From Octopus sinensis (taxonomy: Eukaryota), in NCBI RefSeq assembly GCF_006345805.1, contig NC_043002.1:73408001-73472000 (forward strand): a stretch of DNA of 64,000 nucleotides. The letters are read 5' to 3'. The first letter of the stretch is position 1. Each line of letters begins with the position of its first letter. The notes below the pieces were generated by a model, which was not told the DNA's origin, did no database searches, and saw nothing but the letters and a program-made list of their open reading frames with translations. This document shows, piece by piece, positions 25,787-38,607 of the stretch. The translations under genes and the position numbers were made by a program.

Positions 25787-28075
25787 ATACAAATAAATGA
25801 AAGAATGGAGTTGAACGACGATTTAACAAAATTCCTTTATTCTCGACATATGTTTCGAAGACAGCATATTCCTAATTTCGAAGGAGAAGACTAAAAACAG
25901 ACTAGCTAGATTTTTTAGCAGAATGGGCTTGAGCATAGTTTTCGACGATGAATTAACTAAAGCCAACTTCTTAGACGTTACCCTAAATCTGCAGAATAAT
26001 TCTTACTTCCCTTATCATAAGCATTCTACTAATCTTAAATATATCAGCATTTTCAGTAACCATGCCAAAACTATTACCGATAATTTAGTTTAAAATATTT
26101 CTTTAAGACTGTCAAAATTATCTGCTAATGTCGACATCTTTAACCAAAAAGCGGAATTTTATAACGCCGCCTTGTCAAAAGCCGGTTATAGAGATAAAGT
26201 ATCATATATCGACCCGGCCCATTCTAAACCAATATATGCTTCTCGGGATAAGAAAACTAATAACAATAGAAATAGTGTGAATAATGATTTCAACTCTAAC
26301 AACGTCGACACCACTATACTTAAGAAAAATAATTTACGGACCAGGGGAGGCAATCGACAACCAACACCAATTTTCTAGCACAGAAATATTCCCTTTAATG
26401 TAAATTGTAACACTCTGAACAATTCTAAGTCCACAAAAAACTATATCTGGTTTGTCATACCTTTCGGGAAACAAATCAGGTCAAACCTTCCTTTACAGTT
26501 CCGTGAAGCCGTAGCTAGGAACTTTCCCAGGAATTCTAGGTATTACTCAACTATCAATTCGCATAAGGTAAGGATTGCATTCTCTAACACTAGAAATCTA
26601 TCGCAAATTATTGCCTCCCATAATAACAAGCTGCTAAATAAGGATCCATCACCCGGGAGTTACGATACTGCTCTTACCAATTCCAACCAAACATACAATA
26701 ATAATAATAATAGAAATAGTATTGACAATAGCAACATTCATAGCAGCGTTGGCATTAACAATGGTAATATTAATAATAATATTAGTCGGATTATTAACAG
26801 TAGTAGCGTTAGTGGTAGTAACGACAGCATTTCTAATAACAGTGGTAGTATTGATGATAACAACCCCAGCATTCCTATCGTCAGGGAAATTGCCGACGAT
26901 AGTACAATTAATAGTAATGACAATAATAGGAATAGTATAGTGGTCAATGCTAGCAATAATATTAACAGCAATCATAACAATAAAAACTCCGTCTTAGTCT
27001 CGGAGGTAAACCCTAACAGATTAAAGTTCTTGTCCAGCAATTCCTAAATTAGAAATTCCATTTACCAGTGTAAAATTTTTTCTGGTACCGGTGTCTTCTT
27101 CTACATTGGGGCAACTACTTCTAAACTAGCCCAGAGGATTTCCAATCATTATTCAACTTTCCGAGATAAGAGAAAACAACAAAGCACAGGACTAAGTAAA
27201 TTAGTTTGGCGTCTTAAGGACAGCAATATAACTTTCAAGCTGGAATGGTCCATATTGTCTGTATCCTTTCCGTTTGATAAGGGCAGAAAATTTTGTGGCG
27301 TCTGTAATTCCGAACTTTTCCATATACTTTTCGCCAAATTCCCTTTAGTAAATACAATGGTTGAAAAATCCTCTAGGTGCATGCACTGGCAGAAACACAC
27401 CTTTCACTCATATGAATGATGATTAATATAGATAACCTACTTGAATTTAATAATTTGGTTCCACTTATACAACACCACCATAGACAAATTTTTATACTCA
27501 TGAAGGACTACTACCAAATTCGTTGGGGTATGTTTTACCTTTGTCTCTCTACCTCTCCCTCTCTCTATCGTAAACACAATCAAACACACAGACACAAACC
27601 TGTCACTTCACCAGTAGTTGTTTTTGGCATCTACCCAACCACACACACAATCACGCACACACATACACACACATAGGCACTCAATCTTATTAGCAAACGC
27701 AAACAACAACACATCACCATTCATATGACTTGCACCCTGTCCCCTTCCTATTCTTAGATCTCTCCCTTTCCAACCTTGTTTGAACTCTTGAACTTTCTAG
27801 AATCTTCTACATTCAACCATTTTTGACGTGACTGCTTATAACGGAATATTTTAAAGAAACACTCATAATCGCTATGGACTCCGTGTGGGCAGTCATCTAA
27901 AAGTTTTTGTTCATCATGATGCTAACATAAGTTCCTTGTCTTTCCTGATGAGAAGGCGGCATAATGCACCCCTTATTCCTTCGAAATTAGGAATATGCAG
28001 TCTTCGAAACATATGTCGAGAATAAAGGAATTTTGTTAAATCGTCGTTCAACTCCATTCTTTCATTTATTTGTAT
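25787..28075 (+). mobile_element. 5'-truncated Penelope-like element with an inverted pseudo-LTR copy
   Basis: KANFLDVTLNLQNNSYFPYHK..NHAKTITDNL..LRLSKLS..FYNAALSKAGY (RT thumb), an Asn-rich linker, FYIGATTSKLAQRISNHYSTF (GIY-YIG), and a 99-bp inverted repeat at 25787-25885 / 27977-28075. Confidence 0.88.
27932..28030 (+). ncRNA. Type I hammerhead ribozyme in the PLE pseudo-LTR
   Basis: CUGAUGA 27945-27951, extended stem II (GAAGG/UCUUC, GCAUA/UAUGC), GAAA 28006-28009, palindromic stem III ACAUAUGU, cleavage triplet GUC 28015-28017, stem I UUUC/GAGA plus UUCCUU/AAGGAA. Confidence 0.75.
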
Positions 28076-28082
28076 ATATATA

Positions 28083-28116
<34 letters not shown>

Positions 28117-28120
<4 letters not shown>

Positions 28121-28848
28121 CAGTGTGCATTTAATCACATTAAGAGGTTTTCATCATAGGAATCCTTTACGCTTGAAAGAACAGCTAAAGTCCAAACAAC
28201 TAATTAGAGATAAATTCTCGAAGGAAATGAAAAATAAAAACATTTACCATCTCTTTCCTGGACCATGGTTTCTGACTTATTTTAGTAAATAAAATAATTT
28301 ACTAGGCGAAGACTCCTTCAGCAGGGTCGCCAAGACTAAATATATAAACATGAGGCCAATCCAGCATGTGCCTCTTGCTTATACATTTTCATTTTTTTCA
28401 AATCCACCGCGCAAGCGCAGTCTTATTTGTCGGCAGCAAAAAGATGCCGGTAATTTCTTCGAACGAATCTACCAGAAATCATTATACATAATTAATAATA
28501 TCAGGGTAATAAAAGATTTTAGAAATTTTTACTACCAGTAGCCTAGCGTATAGAAAAATTAGTCAATAGACTATATATTATTCATATAAAATACAGTGTA
28601 CATTTAAACACATTAAGAGGTTTCCATCATAGGAATTCTTTACGCTAGGAAGAACAGCTAAAGTCCAAACCATTAATTAGGGATAAATTCTCGAATGGAA
28701 TGAAAAATGAAAACATTTACCATCTCTTTCCTGGACCATGGTTTCTGACTTATTTTAGTAAATAAAATAATTTACCAGGCAAAGTCTTCTTCAACAGGGT
28801 CGCCAAGATTAATATATAAACATGAGGCCAATCCAGCATGTGCTTCTT
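28117..28848. repeat. Older direct duplication of ~260 bp (28117-28376 and 28592-28848)
   Basis: Two copies of tacagtgt.catttaa.cacattaagagg...gaggccaatccagcatgtg with scattered substitutions. Confidence 0.8.
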
Positions 28849-30096
28849 GAAGAATTTTTAGTCGAATGTATCGACCCCAGAATCTTTATTTGGGTTATTT
28901 CAAACAGCACTAAAATTCTTGCCTAGAAGGTCTCTCCACATGTTTGAAATAACAGCCAAATCTTACAATTTTGTTTTATAATTTCTCGTAAACAAAACGG
29001 AAATTGCGGTCGTAAAAACAGAACTATTTTCCAAAATTCCAATTTTTAAGGAAATAAAATATATTCAATCAAAAAACGGTGTCAAAACACCTATGTCCCT
29101 CACAATGGTTATTTCTGTGTATTTCAATTATTTTCCTCGTTTGGGGAATAATTTTGAAGCTTGAAAATGAAAATAAAATCAATCTTAACATCAATAATAG
29201 AATAACAGAACACAAGACTCTTTACTACTCAATGTACATATTGTCAGAATTCTAACAAAAGGGAAAATATTTACTTCAAGAAATGTGTAGAAACATAAAA
29301 ACGATAAGAAGTACGTTTGAATGATTATATATAGACACATAAAATGAAAGTAAATATTACACGTCTCTGACATGTTTTTTCTTCACAAAAACCAGAATTT
29401 GTCATTTTTATAGAGAAACACCCATCTCCCTATTTAGGCAAACGATAAGAAGTACGTTTGAATGACTAGCCTTCTGTTAGACTTTCAGCGACTGGAGAAA
29501 GGTCAAAAGGAAAACTTATTCTCATTAATTTATAAGTGCTGAGAGAAGAAAACAAAAGACTTCAAATATATATTTTAAAATGCTGATTTTTCTGCGACCA
29601 AAAATTCTTCAAGCTGGTGCCCCAGTATGGCCGCAGTCCAATGACTGAAACAGGTAAAAAGATTTTTAGAAAAAAAAACCGAGGGGGTAATAACAAAAAT
29701 TTCAAGAGATTTGGCTGTTATTTCTAGCATGTGGAGATAACTTCTACGCCTAACTTCGTGCGCTGGTTGAAAATTATTAAAAAGAATTCTGGCATCGTTA
29801 CATTCGACTAAAAATTCTTCAAGGTGGTGCCCCAGCATGGCCACAGTCTAATAACTGTAACAAGTAAAAAGGAAAAAATTCTGGAGTCGATAAGTTGAAC
29901 TAAAAGTTCTTCAAGGCAGTGCCCCAGCATGGCCGCAGTCTAATGACTGAAACATATAAACGTGTGGGTGTGTACGTGCATGTGTGTGTGTGTATGTGTG
30001 CGCGCGTGTTTATATATTACGTAGTCGTTGGTTATGGCCGGTCGTAAAGTTACCATCAGTTTCATGTTTATTATTGCAATATAGGCGACACCACAA

Positions 30097-30487
30097 GGCG
30101 GTGAGCTGGCAGAAACGTTAGCACGCCGGGCGAAATGCGTAGCCGTATTTCGTCAGCCGTTACGTTCTGAGTTCAAATTCCGCCGAGATCAACTTTGCCT
30201 TTCATCCTTTCGGGGTCGATAAGTTAAGTACCAGTTACGCACTGGGGTCGATGTAATCGACTTAATCCGTTTGTCTGTCCTTGTTTGTCCTCTCTGTGTT
30301 TAGCCCCTTGTGGGTAGTAAAGAAATAGATATTTCGTCTGTTTTTACGTTCTGAGTTCAAATTCCACCGAGGTCGACTTTCGGGGGTCGATAAATTAAGT
30401 ACCAGTTGCGTACTGGGGTCGATCTAATCGACTGGCTCCTCAATCCTCCAAAATTTCGGGCCTTGTGCCTAGAGTAGAAAAGAATAT
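30097..30487 (+). mobile_element. SINE family C (tRNA-derived, internally duplicated Meta-domain-like motif)
   Basis: GGCGGTGAGCTGGCAGAAACG...GAGTTCAAATTCC and a twice-repeated GCCTTTCATCCTTTCGGGGTCGATAAATTAAGTACCAG motif. The Meta-domain assignment is from recall. Confidence 0.8.
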
Positions 30488-31440
30488 TGGCGACTCCGCA
30501 GACCAGCAGACCAGAGGCATATAACTCCACCTCTCTGTCTCTCTATACGTGTGTGTGTGTGTGTATGTGTGTGTGTGTGTGCGTGCGCGCGCGCACGTGT
30601 GTATTTCCATGGGTTTAAAATTATCTTAAACTTCTTTTAAGATTTTAATCTTTTATTTCGAACTTGAAATTTTTTACTTTCATTCCAGTATTGGGACCAT
30701 TACCCTCTTATCGCTATTACATTATTACCCCCATGGTTGTTAGAATTGTTATTTCTGATATTAATTTAGAAGATCGTCTTGTTATTTTATTGATACTATT
30801 GATATTGATATTACTGATATTGATGCTAATGATGCTGATGTTGTCACCTTCATCATAATTGCTTTGGTATAACACATTGCTCTGAAAATTTACTTTAATC
30901 CTCTACATCTCAGTTTACTTTAAAGCTGAATTTAGAAACTAACTTTAGTTAGGATTTTTATCCATAACTGTTTTATTAGTTTACATTTGAAAACCTGACT
31001 AATAAGGTAACCTGTATTTACATCTAATTTTCAACAATTTTAACTTGATATCATCCCATTTGTAACATCTCTAAATCTATCAGTTTTTATATCCTGATAA
31101 CAAGAGCATTCATGACCTCTACGATACGACTACAAATAGTATTCTTTCATTTTCTAACATTATTCCCCCACTATGTTACATTAAAAACGGAACATTACTG
31201 TCTTAGACTATGTCCATAGAAAGTCCACAAATTTCAACACAATGGCTGGAGAACATCTAACCTATATACAATGCTAATATGGTAATGGGTGCTGACTGGA
31301 CTACAAACACTAATGTTTTAGATTGTCCCTCTTCCAACTTTGGCAATACAATGCTGCTAATTCTAGTGACTCCTACACCATCCCCTTACCTGCTTCCACC
31401 CATATGTAACCTGTTTTTCCCCTGTTCTCTACTCGAACAT

Positions 31441-31855
31441 TTCTTATTTATTGCCCACATGGGGCTAAACACATAGGGGACAAACAAGGACAAACAAACG
31501 GATTAAATCGATTACATCGACCCAAATGCGTAACTGGTACTTAATTTATCGACACCGAAAGGATGAAAGGCAAAGTCGACCTCGGCGGAATTTGAACTCA
31601 GAACGTAACAGCAGACAAAATACTTATTTCTTTATTACCCACAAGGGGCTAAACATAGAGGGGACAAACAAGGACAGACATAGGTATTAAGTCGATTACA
31701 TCGACCCCAGTGCGTAACTGGTACTTAATTTATCGACCCCGAAAGGATGAAAGGCAAAGTCGACCTCGGCGGAATTTGAACTCAGAACGTTGCGACAGAC
31801 GAAATACCGCTAAGCATTTCGCATGGCGCGCTAACGTTTCTGACAGCTCACCGCC
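31441..31855 (-). mobile_element. SINE family C copy
   Basis: Reverse complement of 30097-30487 with duplicated internal units. Confidence 0.8.
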
Positions 31856-32165
31856 TTCTACTTGAACATTTCTATCTTCTCCCCCGCCTTCCTCCAGAAC
31901 TCTGCTTGTTATAACCAGAAATGGCTCGGGGATGAAAGTTACATTAATTGTCTCAAGTCTTTCAATTTGCCCCAATTGATCAATAGACCAATTGAGTAAA
32001 CCTATCAGCAATGAACTTATAATGGCAACTGGAAACAGCTGTAAGCCAAATTTGCTTCAATAAACGAATATGTTATGACCATTACTTTTAACTGTTTCCT
32101 GTGTGTGTATACATACATACATACATACATGCATACATACATACATACATACATACATACATAAA

Positions 32166-32284
<119 letters not shown>

Positions 32285-32580
32285 GAAACAGAATGAGATA
32301 AAAAAAAATCCAAGGTTGTGAATAGTTTCAGAACATTTATAAAGAGGTCTTACAGCTGTTTCCAGGATATTTTATATATTCCCTCATCAGAGGCGGTGCG
32401 AGAAAATGTTTAAGTAATAATTATTATAGAGAAGATATGAAACACAGAATGAAGTGGAGGGATGAAAACAGACGTGAGATGCGTAAGGAAATTGTATTTG
32501 CAGTTCCATTATTTAAGCACAATGGTATATATATATGTTCCTATATATATGTAATTGTTCCAATACATATATATATATAT

Positions 32581-32887
32581 ATATAAATTAGAGAAAAACC
32601 ACTATTAGGCAATTCAAACAATGATAGACATAAACCAAATCATAAATAAAAAACAAAATATATTTTAAAACATATAACTAGATCACAAAAAGTACAAAAA
32701 TGAATAAACAAAATATTTATTCATTTTTGTACTTATTGTTTATTCATTTTTATATATTGTTTATTCATTTTTGTACTTTTTGTCATCTAGTTATATGTTT
32801 TAAGATATATTTTATTTTTTATTTATGATTTGGTTTATGTCTATCATTGTTTGAATTGCCTAATAGTGGTTTCTCTCTAATTTATAT
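32581..32887. repeat. Long near-perfect palindrome (~130-bp arms)
   Basis: 32581-32711 versus 32755-32887 with about four mismatches seen. Confidence 0.9.
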
Positions 32888-33085
32888 TATATATATGACG
32901 TGAAATTCGATTTAATACTAAATTGAATTTTTACCTGTAAGTTTGGAGTTATATATATATATGATGGGGGAGAATGTAGCACCCTTGTGTATATATGTAC
33001 ATATCTAATATTGTATGTATATATTTCATTAAATTGCCTGTACGGCTGATAATTCGCTTGCCACTTGTGATGGTATTTTAATAAT

Positions 33086-33194
<109 letters not shown>

Positions 33195-33398
33195 ATCTCT
33201 TGAGCACCACCAGCAAAAAGATTTTTTTCCTCTGTCTTCCCTTCTCGGGATCTTTCCTTCTCCTTTGTTTCCGACGAAGAGCTCCGCCCGAAACGTTAAA
33301 CCCTCCTTCCCTTCTTTCCTGAGCGTCAAATAATACTTTAATTGTTCCACGTCCTCGCGTTGCTGTGTTTTTTTCTATGTTATCTTGTTTGGATTAAC

Positions 33399-33480
<82 letters not shown>

Positions 33481-34279
33481 ATACGTAGTGGGTAGTGATT
33501 TTCTTCACTACTTCAAAGAGTGACAACCCTACCGGACACGAGTCCCGGGCTCAGCTGGCTCGGCTGACAATACCCGGTATGGGCCCCTATCCAGGGTTGC
33601 GGAAAGGAGACAACCTTCAAAGAAATCCGGACTGGAGTCCCGGTTTAGAGTTCAACTCGACATTATTCTGGCAGCTCCTGCAACCAAGCTGATGCCAAAC
33701 GTAATGCTCTGCATTCTTTTGGACTACGTCAGCAAGGTCGAGAGAGGAATCCTGACGATTGGGCTACCCAGGATTTTCTTACATCTATCCCAGGCCAGCG
33801 CAAAACTGGAGAGGAAACTAGAGAGCACATGAACTGTAAAAACCAGACCAGATTAGTTTATGCGCAACTCAGTTGTCTCCCGAAACAAAAGGATGCCAAC
33901 AACAACAACAATAATTGTTCCGCTGTATCAGAAATCTGCAATGGCTCCATAACTACCGTCTCGGCTATAACCTTGGAACCCTAGTAATCCGTCACATCAC
34001 TTAACTAGCGTACCTAATCGTTTAGATCATCTGTGAACTAACCCCCCCCCCCCATACTTTATATATATATATATATATATTGTTAATGTTTACATTTTAA
34101 GGACTTGCTTTTAAATGTGGGACATCTGGATGGTTTGCATAAACATGATAAAAGACATAGCTTTCATTGCTTCTTTGAAAACAGTTCTATTAGATTTTTC
34201 AATCACTTTTAGAAGTCTATTGTATCTTCTTTACACGTTGTTAAATGAGAGACATTGCTACAGAATTTACGAAGTAATC

Positions 34280-34669
34280 TTTTCTGCTCTAGGCACAAGG
34301 CCCGAAATTTTGTGGGCGCGAGCAGTCGATTAGATCGAACCCAGTACGCAACTGGCACTTAATTTATCGACCCCGAAAGGATGAAAGGCAAAGTCGACCT
34401 AGGCGGAATTTGAACTCAGAACGTAAAGACGGACGAAATACCTATTTTTTTACTACCCACAAGGGGCTAAACGCAAGGGGGACAAACAAGGACAAACGGA
34501 TTAAGTCGATTACATCGACCCCAGCGCGTAACTGGTACTTGATTTATCGACCCCGATAGGATGAAAGGCAAAATCGACCTCGGCGGAATTTGAACTCAGA
34601 ACGTAACGGCAGACGGAAAACTGGTAAGCATTTCACCCGGCGTGCTAACGTTTCTGTCGGCTCGCCGCC
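34280..34669 (-). mobile_element. SINE family C copy just upstream of the candidate gene 2 start
   Basis: Same head and duplicated motif as the other family C copies. Confidence 0.82.
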
Positions 34670-34749
34670 TTAATTTACATAAGTAATCTCACTGAATAAT
34701 GTCTTAACTGGTTACTTCCGGTTGTGATTTAATCTTGTAACGTTTCAGC

Positions 34750-34802
34750 ATGACTCATCATCTATTTTCCTTTAGGTGTGATATTGATTTTACTCTCTCA
34801 CT
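34750..34802 (+). CDS. Candidate gene 2 exon 1 / signal-peptide segment (IIYFPLGVILILLSH); ATG is 1 nt out of frame
   Basis: ATGACT start resembling gene 1 exon 1, a hydrophobic frame ending SH like gene 1 SCH, and a phase-1 donor T|gtaatt. It needs a 1-nt indel or an upstream exon spliced at tttag|34776. Confidence 0.4.
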
Positions 34803-35203
34803 GTAATTTATGAGAAAAATACCAGGTCTCTCGAGCTTATTTTTAAGCTTCAAAGTAAGGAAGATAAACGTAAACAATATCGTTTGCCTTATTCGACAAT
34901 GCAAATATGTTATGCTGCCAGCTAATATTCCCAGCCTTTCATATTCCTTTGCTTTCAATCATATTATTATATAAACCTAATTCCAGTATTTTTATATTTT
35001 TTTATTTTTATCTTCTGCAACGCGCTTTTGAAAGTTTTCAATGATTTTTTTCTGAGAAAACTGCAATGTGTTACCATTCAAATTGACAATAAGTCACAGA
35101 AAATGCTAGCTTAATAAAATCATTAAGTAGCCAAATGTTGAACTTGCGAACATGATAAATTGGAAAATATTTACATTTCTAGTGTATTTTTTCTGCTTTC
35201 CAG

Positions 35204-35212
35204 CTTTGCATG
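35204..35212 (+). CDS. Gene 2 micro-exon (9 nt, CTTTGCATG = xLH+G)
   Basis: Strong acceptor ttttttctgctttccag|, donor G|gtatgt, phase 1/1. Encodes LH, matching ALH of gene 1 exon 2 in the equivalent position. Confidence 0.65.
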
Positions 35213-35537
35213 GTATGTAATATTAACTTTCATAACTAACTTTAAAAGAAGCGTTTTTCGTAATTTTCAAACTCATAAAATTGATTAGAAATGAACACGA
35301 GATGTTTGTATGTGCATTGGTTAGAAATGTGTGTTAAATATAATGACTATATTGCGACTTAGTATAATATTTATAGTTAATAGTCTAGATTAAGAAAACG
35401 TAATCTGTGGTATCCAGAATATCAAAGATGTTTGAGAAAATTATGAGAAATATTCTAAAATTACTTTACATTACTTATAAAGACAAATATACAACACACT
35501 TACATAAACATATACACAACTCACACACGCACGCACG

Positions 35538-35602
<65 letters not shown>

Positions 35603-36129
35603 TGCACTCACGCAAACACACATTCTTAAATATTTTCCATTAAATATTTTACCTCTTGTCTCCCTTAGAAATAAAAATCTTATGCACCCTGTTTTAACAG
35701 GGTTAATTGATCAACATTGTATAATTCTTACAAACGAAAGTGTTGAATATTATTTTGCTATAAGTTTCTTTTTATTCTCAACTGAGTTATGTAAGCATAT
35801 TCTGAACTGAGTTATGTATCTCTTGCTTTTTTCTTCTGTTCAAATGTTTTACTTCTCATAAATTACCTTCAATGCAAAGAAAACAAAACAATTTCACTTC
35901 CCTTAAGTAAGATCTAAATTAATAATCATTATTGTCGTTATTATTAAGGCACCAAGAAGGCGGCGAGCTGGCAGAATCGTTAGCACGCCTGGTGAAATGC
36001 TTAGTCTGCCGCAACGTTCTGAGTTCAAATTCCGCCGAGGTCGACGTTGCCTTTCATTCTTTCGGAGTCGATGAAATAAGTACCAGCTACGCACTAGAGT
36101 CGATGTAAATCGACTAGCCCCTTTACCTG

Positions 36130-37580
36130 GTGACCGTACCTCCCTCTCCAGGCTCACTTTCCTTTTCAAGTGGAATCTGAAAAAGTCAATGAGGCCTTGT
36201 CCAAAGAGGAAGGTACCCATCTTCAACCCTTTCAATGGTATCCACCACACAACCTCTTTTGTCATAGCCACCAGACAGAAAATTACCCCACCTCCCGACC
36301 AAAGGAAGGAGGCGGGGAGATCTTCACAATGGACTCGGACGATAGCCGGATCCGTCCTACACGTGACAATAACTGTTCGACAAAGATCCACAAGTCAGCA
36401 AAGCGCGGATACTGTACGAGAGCATGCAGAACGGTTACATTGTTCCGCGTGCATCTCGGAAAAGCCCGACTGACTGCACGCCTGTGCCTGTAGAGCTTAT
36501 TTTGAACCAGCAGCGTCCCCCGTAGCATTGCCAGGCCAAGTATTTCTGGAAGTTATGCATGGTTTCCGGCCCGAAAGTATTCCTCGACGTCCAGGACCTC
36601 TCTGAAAAGGTCGTTGCTCTTGCCCTTCACTAATCCCCTATAGAACTCCAAGATGGAACTTCCACCGACTGCATTTCCTGAGAGGCTGAGGACTGTGAGC
36701 ACTTAGAGACACTGTAGGTGTCAAGCACCCTGCCTCGGTCTACGTCTGATCCAACACTGTAGCTCCGTCAAGGAGACAAGGTGCGGAAAAGCGCGTTCAA
36801 CAAACAGTGACCACACCTACTCACCGTTAAGGTATTGCTGGAGCTCTCGCAGTCTCAGCGCATGTCTGCGCAGCCTCAGCCACGGCATGCCCAGTCCTCC
36901 ATGAAACGGGTGCTGACAGGAAGCGGAAGAGCAAACGCACCAGCCCGTTCAGCCACGAAGCGGGGCAAGGTACGTCATTCAGGCGGTAGTATATGACGGA
37001 TGCGATGTACTCATTCGCCTCCTCCGCCCGAACTTTCAGAGACAGCTTCCTCTCGGTCCATTTCTAGGCAAGACTGGCCGTCCTGTCTGTCACCTCGCCC
37101 CAGTTCTTGTCCGCTTGGAGATCCGGACTGAACCAGACCCTGAGCAACTTAACAGGTCCTTCCGTCCAACGCCCCACCAAGCTGTTGGTTGGCATCTGCC
37201 TGCCTCTCCAGTTGCCGAGCTGCAGGCCCACTGACTTCTTCTGGTTGATCATTGCTCCTGTCACTGCTTCCTATTCCCTTACGGTAGTGTCGACCATCTC
37301 GATTTCCGAGATGTCCGACTCTATCACGGTGGCGTCGTCCGTATACCCTGACACGAACCCTCTGCATCCCAGTTCACGTAGGATGCCCCTCGAAACATCC
37401 AGCTTCCAAAGTAATGGCTCAAGTGCCAGTATGTAGAGAAGGGGTCAGAGTGGGCATCCTTGATGGACCGAACGCGCGATACTAAACGAGAGGTGGTCAT
37501 TTACTTTGACCACCGAACAGATTTCGCTGTACATTGCGGCGATCCAGCCTCTGAAAACGAGGTCGAAACCAGCCATCTAT
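36130..37580 (-). mobile_element. Tx1/L1-clade LINE fragment (RT to 3' end), degraded
   Basis: QGCPL*PLLYILALEPLL...GYTDDATVI...GAMINQKKSVGLQLG..VKLLRVWF. A related 3' end lies at about 59560-59840. Confidence 0.75.
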
Positions 37581-37891
37581 GCCACGTTCTTTACTTACTC
37601 TCTCTATAAAGTATCGCGTGAGGTGGAGGTTATCGTGTATAGTTCTGCAGGGAATAGCGGAAGTCTACGCATCACCCACCTGTCTGTCAACGACAAGCGC
37701 CAAACTCTTTGCTGACACCTTGGCCAAAATTTTGTATTCTGTATTTAGCTGAGTTACCGGCCTAAAGTTATCAACAATGTTCCCCTTGTTCCTGGTGTAC
37801 TCTTATCAGACGGGTAGTCATGATGGGTATACTGGGCTTCGTATATTTTTACCCCAGTGTCACTTTGATGGCGTGCGCTGCCCTCTCACTC

Positions 37892-37957
<66 letters not shown>

Positions 37958-38607
37958 TAGAAATAACTTTGCTGGGTAGAGTCAAGCGTAATTGTAATGA
38001 ATCGACCTACATAGAACATATCAATCTTTTTATACTTGGCCTGTACTTATTTTATAAATTTCAGAAGGTTGACCTACGTAGGACTTGAACTCCAGACAAG
38101 CTATTTTGTGCGACGCTCAACTAATTTTTCTATTTCCCATTCACGAGTAACTAAGCTTACAGACTTTCTTCATAAACACAATTAAAATCACTTTTATACT
38201 TTTCTTTTATTTTTCTTGAACACTAAAGCTGATTACCCGGTTTCCATGGAGTTCAGGTAACCGAGATAACAACGTTCTCTCCGAACGGAACGCCGGGCCA
38301 TTTCAGGGTTCAAATCCACCGATTTTTAAGGCAGAGCACAAGTTGATTACGTCGTGCCAAGTATTCGACCGACACTCGACTTTTATTGACCGCGAAGGTA
38401 TGAAAGGCAATTGACTCCGATGAGACTTAAAATCAGAATGTAACATGACGGAAGAAATGCCGCTAAGCATTTTGTCCGACGTGCTAACGATTCTACCAGC
38501 TATTTTATTTTTTTTTTAGTACCATTTAGCTATTTGTAATGAATCAATTTACATATGATTCTTTTATTCTACTTTGTACATTATGAAATTTTTGTTTCAT
38601 TCTTTAG

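Noticed and set aside
26649-26975. Hydrophobic membrane-protein-like ORFs
   Set aside because: Alternative frames of the Asn-rich (AAT) linker inside the Penelope-like element.
30700-31400. Possible further PLE RT remnant on the minus strand
   Set aside because: Only vague motif resemblance with many stops; could not be supported by eye.
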